DNA from: Chloroflexota bacterium
GTDB lineage: Bacteria; Chloroflexota; UBA11872; VXOZ01
Assembly: GCA_963663275.1 (NCBI GenBank)
Contig: OY760183.1
Coordinates: forward strand, 1,568,001 to 1,632,000
DNA length: 64,000 bases
Direction: 5' to 3'
Notes under the pieces: generated by a model
Database searches by the model: none
Told to the model about the DNA's origin: nothing
The model's input: only the letters and a program-made list of their open reading frames with translations
Made by a program: the position numbers and the translations under genes
Part shown: positions 37,638 to 47,224 of the stretch, piece by piece
Layout: each line of letters starts with the position of its first letter
Numbering within the stretch: position 1 is the first letter of the stretch

Positions 37638-39950
37638 CTACTGGCCCTGCAAGATGACAAAGCCTTCTTCCAGGCCGCTCAGGATTTCCACTTCCGTCTC
37701 GGTTTGAATGCCGATTTCCACGTTCTTGGCGCGTTTGATGTCGCCGTCCATGTATTCCACGTAGGTGCGCCGGCCGGAACGCTTCACGGACTCGATCGGC
37801 ACTTTCAGCACGTTGTCCTTATGCTGCACGGTGATGTTCACCCGCGCCAACATGCCGATTTCCGCGCCCGCCTTCGGCCAGTTCACCTCGATGTGGATGG
37901 AGCGGTCCTGGATGACGCCCTGCGTCGTTACCAGACTCGTCGGCAATTTCGTGATGATGCCCGTGATACTCTCGGACGAGAAGGCGTCCAGCGTCAGGTC
38001 CGCCACTTGCTCCAGGGCCACCTTGGCGGAGTCGTCTTCCGAAAGGTCGGCGGTGATGATGAGTACCGTGGGGTCGGCCAGGCCGATGATGGGCTGGTAG
38101 GCCGTGGCGCTTTCACCCGCCTTGCCCTTGATGAACTGGATTACGCCGTCGAACGGCGCCTCCAGGCGGGCGTCCTTCAGTTGCTCCAGCAGCAACTCGT
38201 GGTTGGCGCGGGCGCGCTTGAGGTCGTTCTCCAGCGTGGTCACGTTGCCGGCGTCGGCGACGTTGAGTTGGGTCTGCTCCAGGTTCACTTTGGCCTTTTG
38301 CAGGGCGGCTTCCTTGCTCGCCAGGTTCCATTCGGCGTCCTGGAGTTTCTCCGGGTCCAGGCCGGAGCGCACCACGTCCCAACGCTCCTCGGCCACGGCG
38401 AGGTCGGCTTCGGCCTGCCTGACGGCGGCTTGCGCGGCGTTGAGGTTGAGTTCCGCCGTGGTCAGCGCCTTTTCAAGCGACGGCCCTACGTCGTCGAAGG
38501 CCTGCTGCGCCTGCTCCAAGGCGAAGCGGGCTTTGTCCACTTCAGCCTGGGCCGTGGGCAAGGCCTGGCTGCCCTGCGCTTTTGCCTGATCCAGGCCGGC
38601 CGTGGCCGATTGCAGGTCCAGCCTCGCCTTCTCGCGGGTGGCCCACAGGATGGCCATTTGCGTACCCACCAGCGGAGGGGCCACAAGCTGTTGGTTGCGG
38701 ACGAGAATCTCTTCGTTCATATCGGTCTTGCGCTCGGTATACTCTTCCTTTTCTTCGCGCACGGCGTCGATTGCGCTCTGGGCGGAAGTAACGTTCGTGC
38801 CCGCTTCCTTCGCCGCCGCGTACTCAGTCTCCGCCGCGTCCAGCGCGCTATCGAGGGATGCCCCCAACACGGCCTCGAGCGTGGTCTGGGCGGTCACCAC
38901 GTCTCCCTCTTCCCGCCGCGTTTCGTTGTAGGTCTGCCGGGCTTCCTCCAGCGCGTCCAGCGCCGTCTCCAACGCGGCCTTCGCGTTCGGGGCCTTATTC
39001 CCCAGGCCTCTAGCCGAGTCGAACGCCGCTTGCAGCTTTTCTTCGATTTCCTTCGACAACTGGACGAGATCGGCCTGGAACTTCAGGATCTCGTTGTCGA
39101 TCTCGTCCATCAGCTTCTTGCGCTCGGCGTTGACCTTCTGATTAGCTGATTCCAGGGCCTGCTGCTTCGCTTTGAGATTGGCTTCTTGCGACAGCACCTG
39201 GGAATCGGGGCTGCCGGAGCGCAGGTCTTCCAGCCGGGCCTTCGCCGCGCCCAAGGCTTCTTCCGCCGCGCGCAGGGCGAGTTCCCGCTGCACTTTCAGG
39301 TCTACCACCTCACCGGCGCGGAAACTCGTCAGGTCTTCCTGCGCCTGGGCATACGCTGCCTGTGCGCTCCGCAGGGTGTCCTGGGCCGTGTCGAGTTTGG
39401 CGGCGGCATTGGTATAGGTCGTCTCCGCCTGGGCGCGTTCCTGGGCGTTGGGGCCGGCCTGCGCCTCGGTGAGGGCGTCCTGCGCCTCGGCAACGTCCTG
39501 CTCCGCCCGTTCCACGGCAATGCGCGCCAGCGTTACTTCCGCTTCGCCCGACGCGGCCTGGGAACGCGCCTTGTTCAAGGCGCGCTCTTTGTCCTGGAGG
39601 CTTAGCTCTGAATTCTGGATGGACGTTTCGAGGTTGCCGGTTTCCAGGTCCGCCAGCAACGTGCCTCTCACGACTGGCTGGTTATACTCGACGTAGACGC
39701 CTTTCAGGCGGCCGTTTTGCTTGAAGAAGAGGCTCTCTTCGGTTTCCGCCGTGACGCGCCCCAGGACGCGCACCGCGTCGATGATGGAACCGCGCTCGAC
39801 TTTGACGGTGGGCCGCTCGACGCGGGACTGGACCGGCCGCGCCACGACGTCTTCTTCATCGTCACCGGAGAGAAACGGCAGCGAAGGCACACACGCCGTG
39901 AACAGCAGCACGCCGCTCACGAGAAGTATAGAGAACGATCTGATCTTCAC
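37638..39950 (-). CDS. Efflux adaptor (membrane fusion protein family) lipoprotein with extended coiled coil
   Basis: Lipobox-like 'FTAC'; split biotinyl-like halves 'GRLKGVYV..V.RG.LLA' and 'LEAPFDGVI'; ends 'VEILSGLEEG'. Confidence 0.85.
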   Translation of the reverse strand: MKIRSFSILLVSGVLLFTACVPSLPFLSGDDEEDVVARPVQSRVERPTVKVERGSIIDAVRVLGRVTAETEESLFFKQNGRLKGVYVEYNQPVVRGTLLADLETGNLETSIQNSELSLQDKERALNKARSQAASGEAEVTLARIAVERAEQDVAEAQDALTEAQAGPNAQERAQAETTYTNAAAKLDTAQDTLRSAQAAYAQAQEDLTSFRAGEVVDLKVQRELALRAAEEALGAAKARLEDLRSGSPDSQVLSQEANLKAKQQALESANQKVNAERKKLMDEIDNEILKFQADLVQLSKEIEEKLQAAFDSARGLGNKAPNAKAALETALDALEEARQTYNETRREEGDVVTAQTTLEAVLGASLDSALDAAETEYAAAKEAGTNVTSAQSAIDAVREEKEEYTERKTDMNEEILVRNQQLVAPPLVGTQMAILWATREKARLDLQSATAGLDQAKAQGSQALPTAQAEVDKARFALEQAQQAFDDVGPSLEKALTTAELNLNAAQAAVRQAEADLAVAEERWDVVRSGLDPEKLQDAEWNLASKEAALQKAKVNLEQTQLNVADAGNVTTLENDLKRARANHELLLEQLKDARLEAPFDGVIQFIKGKAGESATAYQPIIGLADPTVLIITADLSEDDSAKVALEQVADLTLDAFSSESITGIITKLPTSLVTTQGVIQDRSIHIEVNWPKAGAEIGMLARVNITVQHKDNVLKVPIESVKRSGRRTYVEYMDGDIKRAKNVEIGIQTETEVEILSGLEEGFVILQGQ

Positions 39951-40075
39951 GCGGCTCTTCCCTCACATGGCTCTTGATTCGGCACGTTTCCAACAAAATG
40001 CGTTGGGGACATGATACCCCGCGCCGCCGCCAGCGGCACGCACGTATATTCTAGCAAGTCTCGCACATCCTTTGC

Positions 40076-40127
40076 ATCATGTCTATTGCGAAGAAAGCTG
40101 TCAAGAGAATTCTTAGAGGATTCTTAG
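40076..40127 (-). promoter_or_regulatory. Promoter of the ABC exporter operon with an 11-bp direct repeat just upstream of -35
   Basis: Minus strand TTGACA (40104-40099)-17-CATGAT; AGAATTCTTAG/AGGATTCTTAG at 40106-40127. Confidence 0.5.
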
Positions 40128-40297
40128 ACAGATTGAGATACCGTGACCGCTCCGGCGCGCGGCGCGGCAACTTGCGCGGGCATAGCAGTGGTGATATGCT
40201 CCCTTGGCTTGCGCAATGGAGCGCCACGCATGGACGCGCGGCAAGGGTGCTATGCTATAGTGCGGAGACCGCTCTCAGCTAGATGGAGGTACGAGGG

Positions 40298-40573
40298 ATG
40301 ACTCAAAGCGACTTGATCAAGGATATTGCGTCTCGTACAGGCACCACCCAAAAGGCGGCCAAGACGTTCTTGGACGCTTTCGTCGATTCGGTGCAGGACT
40401 CGCTCCAGCGTGGTGAGAACGTCGCCATTTCGGGCTTCGGCACGTTTCGCGTCGCGCAGCGCGCGGCTCGCACCGGGCGCAACCCGCGCACGGGCGAACC
40501 ATTGGAAGTGGCGGCGCGCAAGGCTCCAGTCTTTTCTGCGGGCACGACTCTGCGCAAGTCCGTCAGCGGATAA
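40298..40573 (+). CDS. hup: HU family DNA-binding protein
   Basis: 'GFGTF', 'RAARTGRNPRTGE'. Confidence 0.95.
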   Translation: MTQSDLIKDIASRTGTTQKAAKTFLDAFVDSVQDSLQRGENVAISGFGTFRVAQRAARTGRNPRTGEPLEVAARKAPVFSAGTTLRKSVSG

Positions 40574-40603
40574 GGGCCTTTCCCGTGTAATCCGGTGGCG
40601 GGC

Positions 40604-41617
40604 ATGGCAGGCCGAACGCCTCGGTTCATTCTCTGGCTGCTTGCGTTGCTGGCAGTGGCGCTTGCCTGCGGCCCGGGAGCGCAGACCGCGGTGCAAGGCC
40701 CGGTGCGCTTGCTGGTAGCGCCGGACGACGGCGCGGGCGCGCTGCTCCCGTGGTTGCGCGGCGCCGAACACTCCATCGACATAATGATATATCTGCTTTC
40801 GAGCGATGAAGTCGTGGCGGAGCTGGCGGCGGCGTGGCGGCGCGGGGTGGCGGTGCGGGTACTGCTGGAGGAAGACCCGGTTGGCGGCGGGGCCAGCAAC
40901 CGCGCGTCGGCGCAAAAACTGAAGGCCGCCGGTGTGGCGGTGCGCTGGGCCGGCCCGGCTTTTCGCTTTACCCACGCCAAGGTGATGCTGGTGGACGGCC
41001 GGCGGGCCGCCATCATGACTCTCAACCTTACGCCCAGTTCGCTGCGCACCAATCGCGAATTCGCCGTCCTGGTGGAAGATCCCGCGGTTGCGCTTGCCTT
41101 GGCGCGCCTCTTCCAGAGCGATTGGGAACGCGCGCCGGCCCCGCGGCCGGAACTTCCTCTTATCGTTAGCCCGGTCAACGCCCGCGAGACCCTGCAAGAC
41201 CTGATCGGCGGGGCGCGCCAGAGCCTGGAGGTCTACGCGCCGGCGCTGGAGGACGACGCGATCGCGGCGGCGCTGGCGGCGGCGGCCGGCCGGGGCGTGC
41301 GGGTGCGCGTGATTATGAACCCACCGTCAGACGCCGACCCCTACGGCGACGAACGCGCGTGGCTGCGGGAGCGCGGCGGCATCGTGGGCTTCCTGGACTT
41401 TCCCAACGTGCACGCCAAGGCGGTGATCGCGGACGGCCAGCGCGCCTTCGTGGGCAGCCAGAACTTTACGGCCACCTCTCTTGACCGCAACCGCGAGGTG
41501 GGCATTCTCATCGATGAGCCGGCGGCGCTCCGGCGCTTGCGGCAGACGTTCGAAGCCGACTGGTCCGAGGCGGCGTTGGAAGGGGTGGAGGCGCGCGCGC
41601 CGGTTCTGGCCGCGTAG
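40604..41617 (+). CDS. Phospholipase D family lipoprotein (two HKD motifs)
   Basis: 'HAKVMLVD' and 'HAKAVIAD..GSQN'; lipobox 'LACG'. Confidence 0.88.
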   Translation: MAGRTPRFILWLLALLAVALACGPGAQTAVQGPVRLLVAPDDGAGALLPWLRGAEHSIDIMIYLLSSDEVVAELAAAWRRGVAVRVLLEEDPVGGGASNRASAQKLKAAGVAVRWAGPAFRFTHAKVMLVDGRRAAIMTLNLTPSSLRTNREFAVLVEDPAVALALARLFQSDWERAPAPRPELPLIVSPVNARETLQDLIGGARQSLEVYAPALEDDAIAAALAAAAGRGVRVRVIMNPPSDADPYGDERAWLRERGGIVGFLDFPNVHAKAVIADGQRAFVGSQNFTATSLDRNREVGILIDEPAALRRLRQTFEADWSEAALEGVEARAPVLAA

Positions 41618-41900
41618 CAGGGTTGCTGCTTGAGTGGCGCGTGATTGCGAACTCCGGCGCTTGGTCTGGATGAGCGTGGGCACAGCCGTTCGCCCCCGAA
41701 TCAGGTACGGGGCAGGCTCTGAGCCTGCGGCAAGGCGCATGGCGGGTTGGTGGTGGGGCGTTGTACTATCCGTTCGTGCTTCGACAGGCTCAGCACGAAC
41801 GGGAAGTACAGTGCTCATCAGTTTTGGGCGACGGCGTTGGGGAGAAGCCCCGGCGCAACGATGAGCCAGGAGGCGGGGGCAAGTCCCCGCGCTACGTTGT

Positions 41901-41955
41901 TTGACGCTGCGCGGCGTAGCGTGCTACGCTAATTCCTAGAAGGCGGCTAGGGTTT
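41901..41955 (+). promoter_or_regulatory. suf promoter with candidate Rrf2 operator
   Basis: TTGACG-18-TACGCT followed by the imperfect palindrome AATTCCTAG-N7-CTAGGGTTT. Confidence 0.45.
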
Positions 41956-41985
41956 CGTGTGGAGTGAGCCGGTGGAGATAGGGCG

Positions 41986-42471
41986 ATGTTGGGGATTTCC
42001 ACCAAGGGACATTACGGTCTGGTGATAATGACGGCGTTGGCCGGGGCGGCGGATGAGAAACCGCTTTCCCTGGCGCGCATCGCCGAGGAAACCGGCATCT
42101 CTCTCGGCTATCTGGAGCAGATCGTCTCGACGCTCAAAGAAGCCGGCTTGGTCGAGAGCACGCGCGGCGCGAAGGGCGGCTACGTGCTCGGCAGAGCGCC
42201 GGCCGAGATTACGGCGCTGCAAGTCATTCTGGCAACGGAGCGCGAAATCGCGCCGATTTCCTGCTCGTTGCAACCTGAAGAAGGTGTATGCTGTGAGCGG
42301 GTTGACTATTGCCCCACGGTCTTCCTCTGGGGACGGCTGGAACAGCAACTCAGCCTGGCGCTGGGAGACACCACGCTCGCGGACCTGGCGCGGCACAGCC
42401 GCCGCAGCAAGCCGGCTGCGCGCGGGCCTCTGTCCGCGGTGACGCAGTTTGGCGCGGGCGCGCTGGACTAA
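41986..42471 (+). CDS. Rrf2-family regulator (IscR/CymR-like)
   Basis: 'STKGHYGL', 'YLEQI', 'STRGAKGGY', C-terminal Cys cluster. Confidence 0.92.
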   Translation: MLGISTKGHYGLVIMTALAGAADEKPLSLARIAEETGISLGYLEQIVSTLKEAGLVESTRGAKGGYVLGRAPAEITALQVILATEREIAPISCSLQPEEGVCCERVDYCPTVFLWGRLEQQLSLALGDTTLADLARHSRRSKPAARGPLSAVTQFGAGALD

Positions 42472-42525
42472 GCTCGTTGCCCGCGCGGCGGGATTGGAGC
42501 CGCGGCGGTCGGAAAGACGCAAGCG

Positions 42526-42990
42526 ATGCCAGTGTTCGATACGCACAAAGCGGTAAAGGCGCTCACCGGCGCGGGCTTTCCGGCCCACCAGGCGGAAGCC
42601 TTGGTCGAGGTAGTGGGCGAGGAACATGAGGCCCTGGCAACGAAGGCTGATCTGCAGTCGCAGGAACGTGTGCTCAGGGGCGACATTCGGTCGCTGGAAC
42701 AGAAGGTCGAGTCCGGTCTGCAGTCGCTGGAACAGAAGATCGAGTCGGATAGGCAGTCGCTGGAACAGAAGATCGAGTCGGATAGGCAGTCGCTGGAACA
42801 GAAGATCGAGTCGGAAGTACAGTCACTTGAACAGAAGACTGACGCGAGGATTGATTTGCTGGAGCAGAAATTCAATTCCGATATGCGCGCGAGCGAATTG
42901 CGCATGCGGCTCGTTCTTGGCGCATATCTCTTTGCTGCGACCACTTTGATGATAGCGGTGATGTTGGCGCTGGAATTGCTGCCCCGGTAG
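42526..42990 (+). CDS. CCDC90/DUF1640-like coiled-coil membrane protein with 11-aa tandem repeats
   Basis: 'FDTHKAVKAL..AGF...QAEALV', 'LATKADL', 33-bp repeats at 42688-42852, C-terminal TM. Confidence 0.8.
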   Translation: MPVFDTHKAVKALTGAGFPAHQAEALVEVVGEEHEALATKADLQSQERVLRGDIRSLEQKVESGLQSLEQKIESDRQSLEQKIESDRQSLEQKIESEVQSLEQKTDARIDLLEQKFNSDMRASELRMRLVLGAYLFAATTLMIAVMLALELLPR

Positions 42991-43042
42991 CGTGTCCGCC
43001 GGAACCGAAGAAGCAGAGAACAAGGGAAGAAAACACAGCACG

Positions 43043-43810
43043 ATGGCTAGCGAGCAACCGTTTTTTCGTATAGACGATCTCCACGTGGAGATTGAAGAGA
43101 ACGAGATTCTGCGCGGGGTGGATCTCTCCGTTGAGCGCGGCGAGATTCACGCGATCATGGGGCCGAACGGCTCCGGCAAGAGCACTCTGGCCCACACGTT
43201 GATGGGGCATCCGAGTTACGAGGCCACCGCCGGCCAGGTGCTCTTCAACGGCGAGGACATTCTGGAGAAAGACCCGAACGACCGCGCCAAACTCGGCCTC
43301 TTCCTCGCCTTCCAGTATCCGCTGGCGATTCCCGGCGTGAGCACCTTGAACTTCCTGCGCACCTCCCTGAAGGCGGTGAAGCAGAAGGAAATCAGCGCGC
43401 GGGAGTTCCGGCGGCATCTGCTGGAAAAGATGGACCTGCTCAAGATCAGCCGCGAGTTCGCCGGGCGCTATCTCAACGACGGCTTCTCCGGCGGCGAAAA
43501 GAAGCGCATGGAGATCTTGCAGATGGCGGTGCTGGAGCCGGAAATTGCCATCCTGGACGAAATCGACTCCGGCCTGGACATCGACGCCATTCGCGCGGTG
43601 GGCGAGGGCATTTCGTCGCTCATGCACGCCGGAATGTCCATCGTAATCATCACGCATTATCCGCGCATTCTCCACTTTGTAAAGCCGGACTACGTGCACA
43701 TCATGGTGGACGGCAAGATCCGGCAATTGGGCGGTTTCGAACTGGCGGAGGAGTTGGAGGCCAAAGGCTACGACGTGCTGCTCAAAGAGGTGATGCAGAC
43801 CTCGTCGTAG
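43043..43810 (+). CDS. sufC: Fe-S cluster assembly ATPase SufC
   Basis: '[11 protein letters not shown]', 'FLAFQYP', 'GFSGGEKKR', 'DSGLDID'. Confidence 0.97.
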   Translation: MASEQPFFRIDDLHVEIEENEILRGVDLSVERGEIHAIMGPNGSGKSTLAHTLMGHPSYEATAGQVLFNGEDILEKDPNDRAKLGLFLAFQYPLAIPGVSTLNFLRTSLKAVKQKEISAREFRRHLLEKMDLLKISREFAGRYLNDGFSGGEKKRMEILQMAVLEPEIAILDEIDSGLDIDAIRAVGEGISSLMHAGMSIVIITHYPRILHFVKPDYVHIMVDGKIRQLGGFELAEELEAKGYDVLLKEVMQTSS

Positions 43811-43871
43811 ACGCAGACCTAGTCATAGACGCAGACTACGTCACGAACGCGAACCTCGTCGCGGACGCAGG
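43795..43871 (+). repeat. Four degenerate 18-bp tandem units starting at the sufC 3' end
   Basis: GCAGACCTCGTCGTAGAC-like units at 43795, 43813, 43831, 43849. Confidence 0.75.
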
Positions 43872-43895
43872 AAGCCTAGGGAGGCAGGCGCAGAC

Positions 43896-45311
43896 ATGGC
43901 GGTAACCGAGAAAGACATACAAGAGAGCAAGAAGGTCTACAAGGAGAAGTACGGCTTTGCGGACCCGGAGCAGGCGCTTTACAAAGCGCCGAAGGGCCTG
44001 GATCCGGAGCGCGTGATCGAGATTTCCCGCATGAAGAACGAGCCGGAGTGGATGCTCGAGTTCCGGCTCAAGTCGCTGGAGATCTTCAACAAGAAGCCGG
44101 TGCCGAAGTGGGGCGCTAACCTCTCCAAGATTCCGTTCGAAGACCTCTCCTATTTCGTGCGCACCACGGAGAAGCAGGGCCAGACCTGGGAAGACGTGCC
44201 GGAGTACATCAAGGAAACCTTCGATAAACTCGGCATCCCGGAGGCGGAACGCAAGTTCCTGGCCGGCGTTTCCGCGCAGTACGAATCGGAAGTCGTCTAT
44301 CACTCCATCCAAAAAGACCTGGAAGCGAAAGGCGTGGTCTTCCTCAGCACTGAGGAAGGGCTGGAGCAGCATCCGGAGCTTTTCCGGCAGTACTTTGGCA
44401 CGGTCATTCCGTCGGCGGACAATAAGTTCGCCGCCATGAACGGCGCGTTCTGGAGCGGCGGCTCGTTCGTCTACGTGCCGCCGGGTGTGCAGGTGACTAT
44501 CCCGCTTCAGGCCTACTTCCGCATCAACGCCGAGCAGATGGGGCAGTTCGAGCGCACGCTCATCATCGTGGACGAGGGCGCGTACGTGCACTACGTGGAA
44601 GGCTGCACCGCGCCGGTCTATTCGACCGACTCGTTCCACAGCGGCGTCATCGAGATCATCGTGCAGAAGAACGCCCGCTGCCGCTACACGACCATCCAGA
44701 ACTGGTCGACGAACGTGTACAACCTGGTGACCCAGCGGTCGGCGGTCTACGAAGGCGGAGTGATGGAGTGGGTGGACGCCAACCTGGGCTCCAACATCAC
44801 GATGAAGTATCCCAGCGTCTACCTGATGGAACCGGGCGCGAAAGGCGACATTCTTTCGATTGCCTACGCGGGCGACGGCCAGGTGCTGGACGCCGGCGGC
44901 AAGGCGATTCACGTCGCGCCGAACACATCGTCCAAGATCATCTCCAAGTCCATCAGCCAGCACGGCGGGCGTACTTCGTTCCGGGGCTTGTTGAAGATCT
45001 ACAAGGGCGCGGAGCAGGCCAAGTCGGCCATGCGCTGCGACGCCCTCATTCTGGACCAGGCTTCGCGTTCCGACACTTATCCGACGATCGAAATCGAGGA
45101 GGAGCAGGTCAACCTCGGCCACGAGGCGGTGGTGAGCCGGATTGGCGAAGACCAACTCTTCTACCTCATGAGCCGCGGCCTGAGCGAGTCCGAGGCGGCG
45201 GGCATGATCGTCAGCGGCTTCATCGAGCCGATTGTGAAAGAACTGCCGATGGAGTACGCGGTGGAAATGAACCGCCTGATCCAACTGCAAATGGACAAGG
45301 CAGTGGGCTAA
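43896..45311 (+). CDS. sufB: Fe-S cluster assembly protein SufB
   Basis: 'GQFERTLII', 'YVEGCTAP', 'DTYP', 'ELPMEYAVE'. Confidence 0.97.
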   Translation: MAVTEKDIQESKKVYKEKYGFADPEQALYKAPKGLDPERVIEISRMKNEPEWMLEFRLKSLEIFNKKPVPKWGANLSKIPFEDLSYFVRTTEKQGQTWEDVPEYIKETFDKLGIPEAERKFLAGVSAQYESEVVYHSIQKDLEAKGVVFLSTEEGLEQHPELFRQYFGTVIPSADNKFAAMNGAFWSGGSFVYVPPGVQVTIPLQAYFRINAEQMGQFERTLIIVDEGAYVHYVEGCTAPVYSTDSFHSGVIEIIVQKNARCRYTTIQNWSTNVYNLVTQRSAVYEGGVMEWVDANLGSNITMKYPSVYLMEPGAKGDILSIAYAGDGQVLDAGGKAIHVAPNTSSKIISKSISQHGGRTSFRGLLKIYKGAEQAKSAMRCDALILDQASRSDTYPTIEIEEEQVNLGHEAVVSRIGEDQLFYLMSRGLSESEAAGMIVSGFIEPIVKELPMEYAVEMNRLIQLQMDKAVG

Positions 45312-45480
45312 GCGCGGAGTATCGTGCGTATGCGCGGTGGGCGGGGCGTAGAGCGCCAGGCACAGCAGCACGGCCAGCCGTGCGCTTGTCTGGCGCGATT
45401 GCTGTACGCCGGACTGTGCGGACGCGAGGCGGGTTTCGCGGGTAGGCAACCAGGCAAGGGTAGAATCAGGAAAGGGAAGC

Positions 45481-46845
45481 GTGAGTCAATCGTCAGTTGA
45501 ACAAGAGCCGCTAACGGCAGTGCAAGGCATTACGACGGCAGCATGGCAAGAGGTCTCTCGCGCCAATGGAGAGCCGGACTGGGCGCGCGACCTGCGCCGC
45601 AAGGCATGGGAGGCGTATGTGGATACGCCGCTGCCCACCATGAAAGATGAAGATTGGCGGCGCACCGACTTTCGCGAGTTGAAGCTGGAGGAACTCCTGC
45701 TCTCCCCGCCCGCCGGTCTCGACGCGCCGGGCGGGTCCGCGCTGCCGGAGGTGTGCCGCGCCCACGTGGATACCGGCGACACCTGGGGCGGTTTGGCCGT
45801 GCAGGTGAATTCCGAAGTCGTGTACGTGGAGTTGGACGAAACGTTGCGGGAGCAGGGCGTCATCCTGGCGCCGCTGGCCGAGGCGATGCGCGCGTATCCG
45901 GAGCTTGTGCGGCCGCACCTGGGGCAGGTCGTGACCCCCGACGACGGCAAGTTTCCGGCGCTGCACGGCGCGTTCTTCTCAGGCGGCGTCTTCTGCTACG
46001 TGCCGCCGGATACCCAGGTGGAGTTGCCGCTCCAGGCGTGCGTGTGGATGGATGCCGAGCGCGCCGCCGTCTTTCCCCATGTGCTGCTGGTGGCGGACGT
46101 TGGCAGCCAGGTCACGTTCGTCGAGCGGTACGCCGGCCCGGACCTGGAAGGGCAGTCGTTCTCGTGCCCGGCCACGGAGGTGGTGGCAAAGGACGGCGCG
46201 CGGGTGCGCCACGTCACAATTCAGGACTGGGGACGGCACGTCATCGAGCTGGGGTTTCAGCGGTTCAGCGTGGCCAACGACGGCAATCTCCACACCATTC
46301 TCGCCGCCGTCGGCGGCCGGCTGGTCAAGAACTACGTGGACAACAGTTTCGCGGGGTCGGGGGTAGAGTCCTTTCATCGCGGCTTCTTCTTCACCGACGG
46401 CACCCAGCACATGGACTATAAGACCATGCAGGATCACCTGGCGCCCTACAGCACCAGCGACCTCCTGATCAAGGGCGCGCTGCGGGACCGCTCGCGGGCC
46501 GTCTTTACCGGTATCATCAACGTGCGCAAGGGATCGAAACGCACCGACGCCTACCAGGAGAACCGCAACCTGCTCTTGAGCAAGCGCGCGCGTTCCGATT
46601 CTATTCCCATCCTGGAAATCGACAACGACGACGTGCGCTGCACCCACGGTTCGGCCACCGGCCAGGTGGACCAGGAGGAACTCTTCTACGTGATGGCGCA
46701 CGGCCTGAACAAACGCGACGCGGCGCGGATGCTGGTGGAAGGCTTCTTCAGTGAAGTGATCCAGCACACGCCGGTCGACGGCGTGCGGGCGCAGCTTGCG
46801 GAGATGGTGCAGCGGAAGATGACCGGCTGGCAGGTGGAGGATTGA
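45481..46845 (+). CDS. sufD: Fe-S cluster assembly protein SufD
   Basis: 'EDWRRTD', 'NRNLLLS', 'PILEIDNDDVRCTHGSATG'. Confidence 0.94.
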   Translation: MSQSSVEQEPLTAVQGITTAAWQEVSRANGEPDWARDLRRKAWEAYVDTPLPTMKDEDWRRTDFRELKLEELLLSPPAGLDAPGGSALPEVCRAHVDTGDTWGGLAVQVNSEVVYVELDETLREQGVILAPLAEAMRAYPELVRPHLGQVVTPDDGKFPALHGAFFSGGVFCYVPPDTQVELPLQACVWMDAERAAVFPHVLLVADVGSQVTFVERYAGPDLEGQSFSCPATEVVAKDGARVRHVTIQDWGRHVIELGFQRFSVANDGNLHTILAAVGGRLVKNYVDNSFAGSGVESFHRGFFFTDGTQHMDYKTMQDHLAPYSTSDLLIKGALRDRSRAVFTGIINVRKGSKRTDAYQENRNLLLSKRARSDSIPILEIDNDDVRCTHGSATGQVDQEELFYVMAHGLNKRDAARMLVEGFFSEVIQHTPVDGVRAQLAEMVQRKMTGWQVED

Positions 46846-46848
46846 CCC

Positions 46849-47160
46849 ATGGCAAACTTCGTGAGGGTGGCGTCCGTAGACGAAATCCCGGAGGGCCGGG
46901 CGATTGTCGTGGACATAGACTACGATAGCTTGGCCCTGGCGCGGGTGGACGGCGAGGTGTATTGCATCGACAACATCTGCACCCATGACGGGGGGCCGTT
47001 GGGTGAGGGCGAACTGGACGGCACGGCGCTGGAGTGCCCCCGGCACGGCGCCCGCTTCGACGTCTGCACCGGACGGGCGATTACCTTTCCGGCGGTGGTG
47101 CCGGTGAATACGTATGACGTGCGCATCGATGGCACGGACGTGCTGGTGGACATGGGATGA
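46849..47160 (+). CDS. Rieske-type ferredoxin
   Basis: CTH...CPRHG motifs. Confidence 0.93.
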   Translation: MANFVRVASVDEIPEGRAIVVDIDYDSLALARVDGEVYCIDNICTHDGGPLGEGELDGTALECPRHGARFDVCTGRAITFPAVVPVNTYDVRIDGTDVLVDMG

Positions 47161-47224
47161 CCGTTTTCACGGACGAACGCCGCGCATGCGGCGAGAGCGG
47201 CGCCGCTAGATTGGACTGCGCGCG

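Noticed and set aside
34839-39149. Long opposite-strand ORFs (e.g. 34839..36986, 37122..39149, and similarly 59606..61747, 54429..56420, 43836..45449)
   Set aside because: Antisense shadows of well-supported genes, expected in high-GC DNA; no motifs
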